Assembly: GCF_964355755.1 (NCBI RefSeq)
Contig: NC_092676.1
Coordinates: forward strand, 7,975,888-8,039,887
Source of the DNA: Antedon mediterranea
Lineage: Eukaryota > Animalia > Echinodermata
DNA length: 64,000 nt
Reading direction: 5' to 3'
Shown here: positions 27,260 through 41,990 of the stretch, piece after piece
How positions within the stretch are numbered: position 1 is the first letter of the stretch
Layout: every line of letters begins with the position of its first letter
Program-made: the position numbers and the translations under genes
The notes under the pieces: generated by a model
Told to the model about the DNA's origin: nothing
What the model saw: only the letters and a program-made list of their open reading frames with translations
Database searches by the model: none

Positions 27260-28471
27260 TTTGTTTTGTTGTCAGTAGATAAAGTATTCAATTAAAAAAC
27301 AGCAATTGAAAGAAACCATTGAATACTTCTACAATGGCATAAAGTGCTAATAGACAACAATAAATCACATCCATAAAATTTAGTAGTTTAAAAAGGGAGT
27401 TATTGACAGGCCCACAAGGAATCTGTACAACTGGTTTGCATGCAATGGTACATATTGAAAGCAATATACTTACTGTAATAGCAGTTATCTTTAGCCAAGA
27501 AAATCAACCATATTTTAACTTCTAAAACAATTCAAAATATCTAGACTATGTTTTAAAAAAAAAGCAACTACTTATGGTAAAAGACATGATGGAATTACCC
27601 TTAAAAAACGAGCAGTTATTCAGCCATTTTTTATCTTTAAATTGATTCACTTAACGATATGACAGAAAACGCCGGCAAAACGAGCAGTTACAGTATATAT
27701 ACTCGGCAAAAAAAACTAACATTAAGAATTGGTTTTTTGAACAATATGTTAGAAACTCCTTCAAAATGAACAGTTACTAATGTTGTACTAAACTAGATAA
27801 CTGAATCATATGTTTTACCCTTTTAGTTATTCACTTAAATTATCCAAGATGTAATATATTCCAATTGGTGCAACGATTTGATGGAAACATCCTCAAAACA
27901 AAATGATTACTCAGAAAAAAACTAACCATTTTACCTTTTAATTGCAAGAACTCAATTTACGCCGAGTTCAGTAACAAATAACTTGCGTGCAGTTATGATG
28001 AAATAGATTGCACTCGTGTCTGTTACTCGGCAAGCTTAGCATAGATAAACTAAACTACCTTTTATTGCTGGATGATCCTTAAGCTAGCAATAACAAAGAC
28101 AATCCCACACGTTATTAGCATCAAATAAAGACCCCTTATACCAAGATTATCATCCAACCAACCAAAATGTGATACCATACAAATACGAGATAAACAACAA
28201 TTGTGCTTTGTCGTTACAATATTTTATGTGGTTTCAATTTAAGAGGCGTGTCAAATTTGCATAAATTTACTGTTAATAATAATTATTAATAGATAATTTT
28301 TTTTAACGGAAAACATAAGGGCATTTACAATTTGCATTGTGTACTTGATGCTACTATGTTGTGATAAGGTTTTAAAACAGGATTTGAAGGTAAAACATTG
28401 CATTATTATTTTCCAATAATAATTAATAACTGTATTATTACATATTAATTTAAAGGCAAATTACTGAAAAT

Positions 28472-28580
28472 AATGACAATGCTGTGGGTATCAGTGGCTG
28501 GATTTTAATGGAGCTATACAAAATAAAATAAGCAAAAAGCTTAAGCAGCATAGCTTTCGGGCAACACTAGCCCTTCATAT
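28472..28580 (-). mobile_element. Penelope-like terminal repeat remnant with degenerate minimal hammerhead
   Basis: Shares AATGACAATGCTGTGGGTATCAGTGGCTGGAT and GCTTTCGGGCAACACTAGCCCTTCAT with 55304-55441. Minus strand reads ATGAAGGGCTAGTGTTGCCCGAAAGC. Confidence 0.55.
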
Positions 28581-29513
28581 TAAAATAGTTTATTATAATA
28601 ATAACAAATAAGGCATCTCATAATATACCATTGTCATGTATCATCTATGATAATCTGTCTTTTTATGAAATCTTAAATGGATTCGAACCTAAACCTGTGG
28701 GACAAAAAAGCACTAACCTACTCTACCACTACTTTCAAACGAGATATTGTATGTGAACTAGATTAAAACAACAATAATATGATTCTTTTATGACAGGTGT
28801 TATAATTGGCCAAGTGTTTATAAAAGGCTAATAGTGACTCGATACAAATTCCTTTTCACGTGAGCGAGCAAACTATATAGCATGGATTTTACGTTAACTC
28901 CACTCGATCTTCTGCACATGTTCACACAGGACAGCGTATGGTGAAAACGTAGTATTTGTCGCTAAGTGAACCTGTAAATTTAAATGCCAATCAGATACAT
29001 AGCGAATGAGGCATATCAGAGAAGGTAAACAGGTACAGTTTTACAAAAGACCACAACAACTAACTCATCCATAACTGACAATAATAGTTATCAGTTTGTT
29101 ATGGTCCAGAATTTCAAACCATTTGTTTGTATTGTTGAAATGTTACATTGAACAAAATAAAGTCTAGTTTGTCCCAAAACAATGTATGCGCATTAATATT
29201 AATAGTGAAAGGATGCTGCTGTGGTGTGTTATTTATATGGTGAAATCAACTACAGTATCTGTAAAAATATAACACAACAAAGTGTTAATCTTATTTATTA
29301 ATTTTATAGTTATCAAGCTGCTTGTAGAGTATAGTACTCTAATGTACGGCCATGAAATTAAGGAGTAAACATTGCACAGTTGATTTTTTTTCATGTAATA
29401 TAGTAAACTTTTCTTTTTGGGAAATCCCTCTTTTGGACACCACTCTTCAAGAAGACCTCCAATTAAGAGATGACTTACCAGTGAAAAGAAAAAGGGGCAA
29501 TGTTTTAACATTA

Positions 29514-29590
29514 CAGTCAATTCCTATTTAAGGGACACCCATAATCAAAAACTTTAATCCGGAAGTTGTCCCTTAATAGAGGTTTTACTG
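29514..29590. mobile_element. Tc1/mariner-type MITE, family D
   Basis: TA-CAGTCAATTCCTATTTAAGGGACA ... TGTCCCTTAATAGAGGTTTTACTG. Confidence 0.65.
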
Positions 29591-30029
29591 GAGTTTAGGG
29601 TGTGGATTTGAAAACATTTATTAGTAAATAGCTTGTTGCACTGAACAGAATATTTAACATTGATTATAACACATCTACCTACATAGTTATAGCCTCTATA
29701 AAATTCACAGTAATATCTATGGAATATAACACTTTCAAATGCAAATATAATCGCATCCATCATTGGTATCAATGCCTACATCTTCTTCTCTGCAAAATAT
29801 TTAGCCAGTCAAAATATGTGCATCTGTGATATGCTTGAGTTTATCGTTATATCGAATGCATTTTACAAAATATTGATCAGCATACCTGAAGTGTTGATAA
29901 GTAGGCATCAATGCAATGTAATCAATCTTATGGATGAAATGACAGGTATTACACTAGTAGACCTATTAATGTATAACATCCAAACAGTGTTTCATTTTTG
30001 TACTCCAGTTTAATAGTATCTCATGTCAG

Positions 30030-30370
30030 GCCAGCCAAATGATGTCTTTTGGTCCAGCCAAATGGTGCGTTTCTTTCCCCATTTTGGGCCAGTCCAGTGA
30101 TGTGTCAATTTGCTCCACCTCTATGGTGACTCATTTTGGTCCAGCTTAATCTTTTTTCATTTTGGTCTAGCCTGAGGAATGGTCCAACGTTTTGGTCGAG
30201 CCAAATGCTTTCCCCATTTTGGGCCAGTCCAGTAAAACGTCAATTTGCTCCAGCTCTATGGCGACTCATTTTGTTTCAGCTAAACACTATAGTGACTCAT
30301 TTTGGTTCAGCCCAATCATTTTTCATTTTTGTCTAGCCTAAGGAATAGTATATCATCGTGGTCCAGCTAC
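30030..30370. repeat. Degenerate TTTTGGTCCAGC repeat block with an internal duplication (probable transposon subterminal remnant)
   Basis: About 10 copies of the motif. 30076-30180 is repeated, with an insertion, at 30210-30346. Confidence 0.7.
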
Positions 30371-33300
30371 TGTAAATGGTGTCCACCTGGTAGACAATCT
30401 ACATCACACATGCCCAATACAAAATATGGAGGTTGGTTTTACCAAATACCTAAGGTTCAACCCATGTGATATTAAATACTACATAAAACTAATTAATTAG
30501 CTTCACAGAGGGCTTAATTAGCACTTACAAATTTGAAATAATTTTTATATTTTGTATTCTAGAGTACTACTAAAGAAAGAAGCAATTTCACAATTTGTTA
30601 GAAAATATTGCATATTTCACAGAGCTTGTAAAGGCAAGTAGACCATGCCATTAATATGCATCAAATACAACATATCATTAAAGCATTATAATTATTTTAA
30701 CAGATCTGCCAATAGAGGGCACTCTTTCTCTGTCTGCAATGATGCTGGAATAATATTATGCATCCTCATAAAGTTATTTTTAAAGAGTACAATATTCCTA
30801 CTGTATAATGCTAATTTTCAGCTATAAATTTATTGATAGGCTTTCATTACGAGCTGTTAACACGCAAATTTCAAGGTTATAACATTTTATTAAAATTCAC
30901 AAGGTCGTTTAAACATTACCAAAATATAACCAATTCTTATTTATTGGTTTTTCTGTCTTATATCATGACCTCACATGTCAACTGTTGTAGCTTTTCCAAT
31001 ACAGACACCATCATTATTAAAATGTTACACTCGTATATTTCCACTGCCCGAAATGTTAAATCATCTTATAGCACGAGTTTAGAATTCTAATGAAAGTAAC
31101 GGTTCTATAATATATTATTAGTCAAGTAATGTAGGACACCCGTGAAAAATCAATGATTTGCAGAAACTTTGATATCTCCAGTAATATTTCACAATAAGTC
31201 TCCGATATCAAAACATGAATGTAACACACCGTGATAGCATATTGGAAATCCCAACTCAATATGCCGAAAAGCGTATCTGATGTCTATAATAATTAATAAT
31301 TAATACTGTATTTGTGTACTAGTGAACACAACCATAACTTTATGCCTTAAAAAATACTACATTAATATAATTTTGTCAAAACTAATTTAATTTATATGTT
31401 TGATTTCAAAACACTACTTCAACTTCAATGAGTTTTAATTTGTTTAATTATTTTTTAACGCACATTATTTTCGTTTATTATTGTAAAAACGTCATCAACA
31501 AATACAGTACAATTATTACAATATTTAGTTAAAATGTTAACCTAGGAATCACATACTGTATCATCCAGGCACTTAGAAATTATAAAATATGTTGACCTAA
31601 TAATAATATTTAGCTGCTTACGCCAACATCTGTCTGGAAAATGCGTGACCTACTTGAATTATATTTAGTCTATATTTGTAATGATCAAATCTTTTGTATT
31701 CTGGTAACGTAGTGGAAGATGTTGATAATGAGCAGACACAGGTATTGTAAATTGGATATGTTTAAGCAAAGCAACCTGCCGACATCGTTATCATTAAATG
31801 GCTAAATTGAAAAATGCGTCACTTATCATATTGTACACTGTTACTACTGTAATATCCTCGACCAGACATGCACGCATTGTGATGCAGTCAGTAGTGATTG
31901 GAGATATCAAGAAATTTTGCTGCTAATCGCAAATGTCAGACACTGCGCCGTGGAGAATATGTACTGTATATCGTACAGTATTGTTTGTCGAAGCCAGACA
32001 TAAGATCAAAAGACTTTTAGGAGTCCTTGGCAAGACGAGCTCAGTGCCTTGTTAGATTGCCTTGGTCTAGGGCTGTATGCTCCCCTTCGCCACCATAACC
32101 TAACACTTTTTTAATCAAATTATGAACTTTCTGATCTATTTTTGACAGACTATTAATTAATATGACTTCACATGGGTTTTAACTGCACTATTTAATATTA
32201 ATAATGATTAGAAAAATGAATTTTCATAGAAAAGGACCAGTAAATGATAAATGTATTCCAATAAGGAAAACCGAATACCAAAATTAACATTCAATTTGGC
32301 TAAAAAGAGGTAATCTAAATTTTGTGACATTGTATTGTATAATGATACAAGGAAATCCGTAACAATTTAATTTGAAGTGAAAGATGTAACCAGTGGTATT
32401 ACTTTTTAGATTTAAGTGGACTATTAAGTGTAAACAATCTATTATCAGGAAAATCATAAAAAAATTGTGTCATTACAATGTAAAAAGTAGAATAAGGTCA
32501 TAGCATTAATTATAGAATTTACTTTGATTTGAGGACTAAACAATGATACGCTATCAGGAAATCATAACAAAAATAATATTTGTGTAAATGTTAAAGTAGA
32601 ATAAGGTCATGGTATTAATTATGGTAAAGTAGGCTTATTAATAACGACCCCCTATGTGTCAAACAGCCATGAGCGACAACAAGCCCTGGATTACGTACAT
32701 CAAAACATGGATTTGTTTCCTAGGAAGCCATAATTCTACCAAAAAACATCACAAACAATTGCCTAAAAACGGGCGTCTTTTCCACCTCAGTAGCTTTTAT
32801 GTGGGTTCTAGGAAGGTACTGAGCATTGATGGCTTTTTACAGGTAGCTTTTTCTGATTTCCGGTAATTGGGATTCATAAAGGGCCAATTTTTAAAACAAA
32901 TTATTCATTGAGACTAGTTTGTTTGCAACATCAAAGAGATTTAGCAAGTTACTATTTATTAAATTAAAACTGGATTCTCATTCGGTGATCATTTGTGGTT
33001 TGTTGCAGAATAACGTCATTATTATCCACGAACAGTTCCAAGTAAAATGTTCACGGCAATTAAGAACGTAATAAATTCAGACCGTGATTACATTCAGACA
33101 AAATGTTATTCCGCAAAAACTGGTTTAAAAACTATTCTTAGCCATCAAGACTGAAATCGATGGGGTTTTTAAAACCGTATTTAATTTTAAGATCACTTTT
33201 TTTTTTATTGGTAAAGGTCTCTTTTCAAAAGGGAAAGAAAATTCTATTCTTTCAAATTTGTTTTTTTTCTTTTCCCAAGGAACATGCTCAACTGTCAGAT

Positions 33301-34021
33301 ATACTAGTATCAGTCAGGTAAAGAAGCAAAATACTAACAGATTTTCTGTGCTGATTTGTGGTACTAAACAATCAACAAAAGTTTTACCACATAGCAGGTA
33401 GTCTGTGGCTTGGGCTGACCTTTTGTCAGGGAAGTCAAGTGTACTGAATGGACTACACATGAAACAAATAAAAGCCCCATATACTTCCTGTTGAATGAAA
33501 TACATGACTCATCGTAAAGTTTTTAAAATCCACTTTTTTCCTTTCCAGGGTGCCTTTTATTTGTATGCCTCATTGAATATGATCATCATTTTGCAAAATA
33601 CCGGAAGATTTAATTACCTGCCGGAACAAATTAACTTTCTTTAAATAGTTTTTGGCTAATTAGTGGGACACGCACGTTAAGATCGATCCACTGCTGTCCA
33701 ACAATTCTTTAACAATGTGTTATTGTATTCCAATTCCTCTGAAATGTTGTTACTGTATTACTAACTGTTACAAATTGTTTAGTTATTATTATTAATTAAT
33801 TAATCAATACAAACTTATGAACATTCTCCATAAAAATCTTTCACACATTTGCACCAACACCGACGTAGTACACAAATTTTACCCATACGTATAATTATAG
33901 AGGTTGCCCAAACTTCCTAAAGCTCTGCAGTCTACACTATCAAACTTCATGTGACAAAAAAATGTGATGTGTACTATCAAATGTTTTACTCTTCTATTGA
34001 AAGTTCTACACTTACTCTCTA

Positions 34022-34315
34022 CTGTAAAACCAGAAAATTTTGCGCACACATTAAACTTTTCGCGAGTGATTGAAATTTGCGAAAGTTTCATGCCGCGAAT
34101 AATTTTCAGTAGGCCTACTACTGTATACAATAGCTTATGTATTAGCATCTTTAAACCATAAAGGTCGCTCATACGCGATCTTGTTACAGTATTTACTTTA
34201 TTACTTATTACTATATTTTTCAAATTCGCTAAAAAGTTTTATGTTGCAAAAATGGCCAAGTAGCCGATTCGCGAAAGATCCATGTAGCGAAACTTTTATA
34301 GTTATAGCTATACAG
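34022..34315. mobile_element. Tc1/mariner-type MITE
   Basis: TA-CTGTAAAAC ... TATACAG-TA ends with repeated TTTCGCGAA motifs. Confidence 0.6.
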
Positions 34316-35056
34316 TACAAAATATTAATGCTTTTGTTGTACTATATAATATTTCAAACAGAACTGTAAATAATATAATGGCTGATGTTATGATTGGTTT
34401 AATTTGTTATTGCTGCGATTTATCATACCTTAGTTGGTTCAGTTCCTGTGAGCAAAGTTTCGAGCTGATTTCCGATGGCACGCTAGCTAAAATTGTGACA
34501 GGAACTCTAACTAATTTACCACTTTGTTTTGCCTTTGTTTTGAATAAAAACGGATGCAATATTCTTTCGGGTAGACTTCACTCAGAATTTTCAAGAACCT
34601 AGACATCATAGCAAAATGTGAAATAATACTACTGTAATTACTATGTGTACCTTATTCAATGTTTACAATCATAATTTAAAGAATAAGATACAGAGGTCCA
34701 TTAGTAATAGTATGTACTGTATGGGTAACTAAAGCCTAAAACTATTACTTTCACCTCCAACAAATAGCCAAAGCCAAAATTGATTTTGAGACATTATCGT
34801 GTATATAAATTTAGTAATCTATGAAGACTCTTTGAAAACCAGATGTTCTGTAAAACAATAACCTCAAATTGAATTCAGCCAAAGAGAATCCACCTTTACA
34901 AGAGAGTGAAAAAAAAACTATTATTTTAATATTATACAATGTGTACTAACACTACAGCAAGCAACTATAGCTAATTATAGGATGGATTCAAGCTAATAAA
35001 GTCTCTATTTTAACGCAACAGTCATGAAAAACAACTTTACTGTAGCTGTAACAGTA

Positions 35057-35120
35057 GGTCAGGATTGAACCCTTAACCTTGGGATTGAAAGGCAAGCATG
35101 CTACAACAACCAAGCTACAA
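35057..35120 (-). pseudogene. Degenerate tRNA-like sequence (SINE head)
   Basis: Minus strand reads TGTAGCTTGGTTG..AGCATGCTTGCCTTTCAATCCCAAGGTTAAGGGTTCAATCCTG. A/B-box spacing is right, but no intact cloverleaf can be formed. Confidence 0.5.
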
Positions 35121-35798
35121 CTCCACTAGATGTTGTCAATGATAAAGCCTAAATTTACGATGAAACAATTTAATTCAGTTCATTGTAAGTAGCTTATATT
35201 ATTCATCACTGCTTAATGCATCTCTACATATCCTCCCTTGCAACCACAACCTCCCACTCCCTCCCAATCCCCAACAAAAATCCTAGAAACACTGTCGATG
35301 CATAACCACATCTTTCCCTCCCACCCACACAACAACCCTGGAAACACCATTTATTATCTTGACTTGTACAGTAGCTCTCTTCTCGGAGAATATCCAGGTA
35401 AGCTAGGCACGATATAAACTCTGAAAATCATGTAAAAAATTAATCAGGTTACGGTATAGACTTAAAACTGAACTAATCCAATTACCGATGCCACAGTTGC
35501 TATTGTGCATTCCTTTCTTTCAGTTAAAATTGCAAATCAATTGAATCTATTGATAGTGATGTAATCCTTACTAATGACATGTCATTTGCTTTCATCTCTT
35601 TGTCTGCTCAATCTTCCATGTTCACATGTCATGAAAATGTTGATGGGAAATCCATGCAACAGAAACCTAATTATTATCTATTTCACTTTTAAATTGATGT
35701 TAAATGTATAATTAATATTATAAGAAAAATTTAAAAATGATCTACTTAGTACAGTAATAGTCGCTAGTGTTTTTAAGCTAAAATACACAAATCTGTGG

Positions 35799-36012
35799 TA
35801 GTCTATCGTGCCTGGCTTACCTCGATAAACCAATATTAGCCTCTCTCTCTCCGAAGAGAGGAAATACATTACAGTCCTAATACATACATTAAAATATCAC
35901 ATCCCCTTTGGATAATGGTATAGTCTATACCATAGCATCCTCAAGTGGGACATAGCCACCTAACATCGTCATCATTTGTTTAATGTATTTTATCCAGGTA
36001 AGCTAGGCACGA
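35799..36012. mobile_element. Short TIR element with TAG-initiated termini (possibly Academ-type MITE)
   Basis: TAGTCTATCGTGCCTGGCTTACCTCGATAAA at 35799 is inverted at 35989-36012. Solo ends occur at 35391-35414 and 14896-14926. Confidence 0.55.
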
Positions 36013-36912
36013 AGTTTTTGTTGTACAGTAGTAATTGATTTTTAATTAAAAATTAACAGTTAAACGTTTGGCAATGGCATTTCGTATCTAGTTTTACAGA
36101 AAAGGTTTTAGAAAAAAAAAGTGGGATGTGTCCAAATATAATAGTGATATGACATCATCATGTCCATAATATGGGCACATCACATTTTGTTGTCAATGTC
36201 AGTCACATATTAAAGTTTGATAGTGTAGACTGAGATTAATAGAATTATGATTCCAATAACAACAGGTGTTTTTCTTTTTTAAACACATGCTGTGCATTTA
36301 TACAAAGTTATGCATAAGGATGCATGTTGTACAGTATTTCTATGAACTTTGACCTTTAGTATGTATACACAAATTCCCATATGGTTGAATAATTACAGTA
36401 TACAGTGCAACTAATCAGCAAAGCAAAACCAAAAATAAAAATCTACTTATCAAATCAATAGCTGGGGGAATAATTTATCATAATATTATTTTCTTGAATA
36501 TTTAACTGACTATTCTGTATACTTAACTCAATGCATTTTATCTATTTTCTATCTATTGAACTTCATTGTAAAATGTCATTAAATCTTAGAGCTTAGTTCA
36601 CACTTTGTGTATTACAATTTAGTAAACAATAATACATTAACCCCTCCTATGGGACACACCCTATTTAGGGGACACACATATAAAATTAAGGGGACACTAC
36701 GGCCAACCCATATTCAAGGGAAATCATTATTATTACTTTGTTAGGTCCCTTTCTTTTTTAATTATTCCCTTGCTTTAAAAGCTCGTCGTACTCGATTGTG
36801 CAAGGAAAACTGAAAACACCAAGTCACCACACATTGTTCCATACCAATTGAGATCAGTCACTGAATTTTTTATCAAGTAGTAGTACAATACCATATAGAT
36901 CAAAGAACTTTA

Positions 36913-38436
36913 TTATCAACACCGGTATCTTTAATGTTTGGTAGTTGCCTTTTATCAACACCGGTATCTTTAATGTTTGGTAGTTGCCTTTTATCAACAC
37001 CGGTATCTTTAATGTTTGGTAGTTGCCTTTTATCAACACTGGTATCTTTAATGTTTGGTAGTTGCCTTTTATCAACACCGGTATCTTTAATGTTTGGTAG
37101 TTGCCTTTTATCAACACCAGTATCTTTAATGTTAGTTAGTTGCCTTTTATCAACACTGGTATCTTTAATGTTTGGTAGTTGCCTTTTATCAACACCGGTA
37201 TCTTTAATGTTTGGTAGTTGCCTTTTATCAACACCAGTATCTTTAATGTTTGGTAGTTAGTTGCCTTAAATCAACACCGGTATCTTTAATGTTTGGTAGT
37301 TAGTTGCCTTAAATCAACACCGGTATCTTTAATGTTTGGTAGTTAGTTGCCTTTTATCAACACTGGTATCTTTAATGTTTGGTAGTTGCCTTTTATCAAC
37401 ACTGGTATCTTTAATGTTTGGTAGTTGCCTTTTATCAACACCGGTATCTTTAATGTTTGGTAGTTGCCTTTTATCAACACCGGTATCTTTAATGTTTGGT
37501 AGTTAGTTGCCTTAAATCAACACCGGTATCTTTAATGTTTGGTAGTTAGTTGCCTTAAATCAACACCGGTATCTTTAATGTTTGGTAGTTAGTTGCCTTT
37601 TATCAACACTGGTATCTTTAATGTTTGGTAGTTGCCATTTATCAACACCGGTATCTTTAATGTTTGGTAGTTGCCTTTTATCAACACCGGTATCTTTAAT
37701 GTTTGGTAGTTGCCTTTTATCAACACCGGTATCTTTAATGTTTGGTAGTTAGTTGCCTTTTATCAACACCGGTATCTTTAATGTTCGGTAGTTGCCTTTT
37801 ATCAACACCGGTATCTTTAATGTTTGGTAGTTGCCTTTTATCAACACCGGTATCTTTAATGTTTGGTAGTTGCCTTTTATCAACACCGGTATTTTTAATG
37901 TTTGGTAGTTGCCATTTATCAACACCGGTATCTTTAATGTTTGGTAGTTAGTTGCCTTTTATCAACACTGGTATTATTAATGTTTGGTAGTTGCCCTTTA
38001 TCAACACCGGTATCTTTAATGTTTGGTAGTTGCCTTTTATCAACACCGGTATCTTTAATGTTTGGTAGTTGCCTTTTATCAACACCGGTATCTTTAATGT
38101 TTGGTAGTTAGTTGCCTTTTATCAACACCGGTATCTTTAATGTTTGGTAGTTGCCTTTTATCAACACCGGTATCTTTAATGTTTGGTAGTTGCCTTTTAT
38201 CAACACCGGTATCTTTAATGTTTGGTAGTTAGTTGCCTTTTATCAACACCGGTATCTTTAATGTTTGGTAGTTGCCTTTTATCAACACCGGTATCTTTAA
38301 TGTTTGGTAGTTGCCTTTTATCAACACCGGTATCTTTAATGTTTGGTAGTTGCCTTTTATCAACACCGGTATCTTTAATGTTTGGTAGTTGCCTTTTATC
38401 AACACCGGTATCTTTAATGTTTGGTAGTTGCCTTTT
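36913..38436. repeat. 39-bp minisatellite (TTATCAACACCGGTATCTTTAATGTTTGGTAGTTGCCTT)n with a 43-bp variant
   Basis: About 38 highly homogeneous units. Variants carrying an extra TAGT recur through the array. Confidence 0.97.
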
Positions 38437-40559
38437 CCTTGCACAGTTGGATACCCGGCTTTGTTTTTTGCTGTTTGTGACTTTTTTTTACGGTACTTTT
38501 TTATATTTATATATTTCTTGCTTTTTAAAATGAATTGTAAATATCCCAATCTTATATTTTTTCATATATTGATTGCAATAACGATGAATAAATGAATAGG
38601 TGCAGAGTTGAAATTTTAAAAACAGTTTCAGTTTGGTTCAGAACAAAATTAGTGTACTTAAACTACTGTATACTGGCCAGTGTCAATCATAATTATTATT
38701 TATGATGAAATTACAATTACATAATAGTACCATCAATATTTATTATACCTACAAAGGAATTTGTAACTAAACGGATTAAAATCATTGGATTACATCAACC
38801 TATTCTATACAGATACAGTATGATATTAATTGTTATGCAAAGCAATATATCGTTATTCCCAACATATCATTATCATCCCATAGCTGTAGGAGAAAGTGTG
38901 CAAAAAGTTCCTAGCATAGTTAGTAATATACAGGCATATTAATAGAGGCCATTAGGAGCATATTATTAGCATACAACTAGCCTCACTGGACTAACAAATC
39001 CACTACTGTAATTACATACATGATACACATATGTGCACAGAATATACTTGGCCTCCATAAATTGCCAAAACGACTTCCTTTTCAAAGACTATACTAAAGG
39101 CTACAGTTAAAAAAAAAACTACTTATCAATGATAATATAATACTGAATTTTAACATTATTTCAGCGACTAGTAGCTCTCAACAAGGCTTTAACTCTTAGC
39201 TACTGCAGACTGTCATTATGTCAGTTTTGAAGTACTGTAGTTTGTGACAGCATTTTAAAATGAATTTTCAATATATGTGACCTTTTTATAAATTATAAAT
39301 TTACATGTACTGCTGACTTACATCAGTACTCGAAAGATAGTGTATATTTTTACGAGCTATAATTTTTTAATATTAAATGTTCTGAAATTTTGAATTTTAG
39401 AAAATAGTACAAAATCATTCAGGCTGTTAATGATTTTTATGCGATATAATAATTAATAATATACAGTATATTTTTTTTTAAAGCACAGAACAGTAGTTCT
39501 AAACCACCCGGTGATATACTGAAAATGAAAAAATTTGAAATGATAAAGATGAGGAAATCTGTGAGAATGAGAAAAAGCCGCACACAACCGAGATTCGAAC
39601 CTGGAACCTTCTGCATATTATATATCTTGTTACAGTTAGTTCATTATTATTCATTAATTTTTTATTGAAAAATTAACCAGGTATGATACTAAAAAGTTGA
39701 AAATGAAACTCAATGATTAAAATAAAAAATTCTTGCAATGTTAATAACAAATTATAACAATTGACCGCCACACCTAATGCAAATGAACGAAATATATCCT
39801 CAGGAGTTCTGAGGTAATAGGATGAAGCACGATCACACACCTCAGTAATGTACGTTGTGATCACACACCTCAGTAATGTCCCTACAATGTGATCACACAC
39901 CTGAAATCACAAAGCCTGGAACCGTACTGCAGTACTTGTTGTATCACAAATTATTTGCAGATACTACATTGTTTGTCATTCAGATCTTTGGTATAGGCAG
40001 GCCTACTGTAGTGTATACATCAAGTCACTTTAATTCACACTAGTACTAATACTTGGCCTATTTGTTGATAAAAATTAACAACATTTCCAAGTAGGAAATG
40101 AATTCAACTTGACCCCTAAACCTATTAGCATAATGACCTTGAGGGCCTAAATTTCTACACACACCATTGATCTATGCACTTGTTTTATCATCTCAGATAG
40201 TTGCAGACAATGTTAGTTCATTTTATTGGTTCATAAATTTAATCGACGCTATTGATTGCAGAAATCATTATAAAGCACATACAATTTATTTAGATAGCTC
40301 CATCCTTATTCTGTCAAGTGTCATACAGTAATTACAATGCAGTATAACAAGCTGGATTTCCTTAGTGGATTCATACAGTAGATGTTATCTTATCATTAGA
40401 CCTCAAAAGATTTGTTTCCCATTAAAATTTCATCAAAGAAAACAAAAAAGGTTGGTTTATACATTTTTTTAATAACACCTTCTTTAAATATCCCCTGCCT
40501 TCTTTAAACACTTCCTTGACCATACTCATTAAAATATCCCCTTCTCCCTACCTCCTTAA

Positions 40560-40740
40560 ACCTCTATCTGCACTTATCAAACTAGTGACAAAAGTGTGAT
40601 GGGCTCAAATATGGTAGTGATATGGCCAAATATGGTAGTGATATAGCTAAATATGGTAGTGATATGACATCATCACATCCATATATAGGGCATGCACATC
40701 ACATTTTTGTCACATAAAGTTTGATAGTGTAGACAGAGCT
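40560..40740. mobile_element. PIF/Harbinger-like MITE, family A
   Basis: Intact right TIR AGTTTGATAGTGTAGACAGAGCT-TAA. Internal AAATATGGTAGTGATAT x3. Confidence 0.8.
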
Positions 40741-41941
40741 TAACACTCACCCTACCCTAAATTAAAGTAATTTTATGTAATACTTCAATGTATAGACAAA
40801 TACATGTCATTTTAACTGTTTTATTGGTGTTGTACACATTGTAGATAGTGCTAAAAGGGGTTGTCATCTGTGGATCTGTCAGCTAAAGGTCGGGAGACAA
40901 CAGAAGACGATGTTGGTCTATTCAAACATTGAGGGGAAAAAAGGTGTTAAAAGCATACAACTATTAGTATTACACAGACTAAAATTGTTTTCATGCATTT
41001 GGAAGGCAAGGTTGGGGTATCATATGAGGATGTTATTGACTGTATAATGTTCAATAATAATAGTACCTTATCTTTTGTTTGCTTATCAGCTTTGTGTAAG
41101 TAAGTACTTACTGACATTATGGTATGTTGACTTTACTGTCTGTCACCAAAATGTCTACATTTTTACTTCTTCATTACTTATTTCAGATGAATTTTCGGAC
41201 CTACTGAATGCAGTCAACATCTGACATGGTATATTGATTAAGAAAGTCAAACTCATAATGCATGGCGTTTTTACGGTTAAAATTTAAGCATAGGGATTTA
41301 GTTTAACAAACAGATCACAATGCACAAAGGTCAGTAAAAGTGTTCTTTTGATTTCATCAACTTACTATAGCGGGATTTTCAACATCGGGCTACTTAAATT
41401 TAGACATGGAACATTGAAATTGAAGAGTAACCACTGCAAAAATATGTCATGATGGGGTGGGGGTTGGGGAGTTAGGCCTGGGCCTTAGCTGGATCTGTCA
41501 TTAAAAAAGAAAAATTTTGATTTTCCTTTTGTGAGTGAATTGATTATAGGCCTAGCCTAGGCTAGGTCTAGGCCTAGGCCTATATGCACGTTCAATTTAT
41601 TTATTCATATTATAATGAAGACTAATATAGGCTAGCATCCTGCATAGATAGTCCTATCTTAGGCCCTAGCAATGCTTATGTTGAAGAAAAAATCTAAAAT
41701 TAAGTAACCAAATGTAACGTTCCAGTGCCGCAAATGAAATACGACATCTTGGCTATTAGGCTAGGCCTAGGCCTAGGCCTAGCAACAAAGTTCTATCGTC
41801 TGTCAATTTGGATACAGGTTGGTCAATCACAGATTGTATATTCCGTACCGGCCAGAATCGCTCTTTTAAAGACAAAATGACATAATCAATCACTCGAGTT
41901 CACATTATTAAATATATAAACAAACATCACACAAGATTTAC

Positions 41942-41990
41942 CTTCATTTTGGCTCTCAATTTCCACAGTACTACCAGTAGTTTCCGCCAT
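41942..41990 (-). CDS. Probable first coding exon (MAETTGSTVEIESQNE + phase 1) of the left minus-strand gene
   Basis: Strong start context AACATGGCG, 16 codons + G, and donor GAAG|gtaaat. Phase 1 joins exon 14809 as G|GT (Gly). The acidic composition matches that exon. Confidence 0.7.

Noticed and set aside
36854-38549. Repetitive ORFs (LIKGNYQTLKIPV / MFGSCLLSTPVSL)
   Set aside because: By-products of a 39-bp unit. They show no synonymous divergence pattern and are broken by the 43-bp variants.
39588-39616. tRNA-like B-box fragment (also 28678-28732)
   Set aside because: No cloverleaf can be formed. These are most likely decayed SINE heads, not genes.
41549-41782. (TAGGCC)n runs near the first exon as a regulatory element
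   Set aside because: TAGGCCTA is scattered throughout the window and looks like a genome-wide simple-sequence bias.
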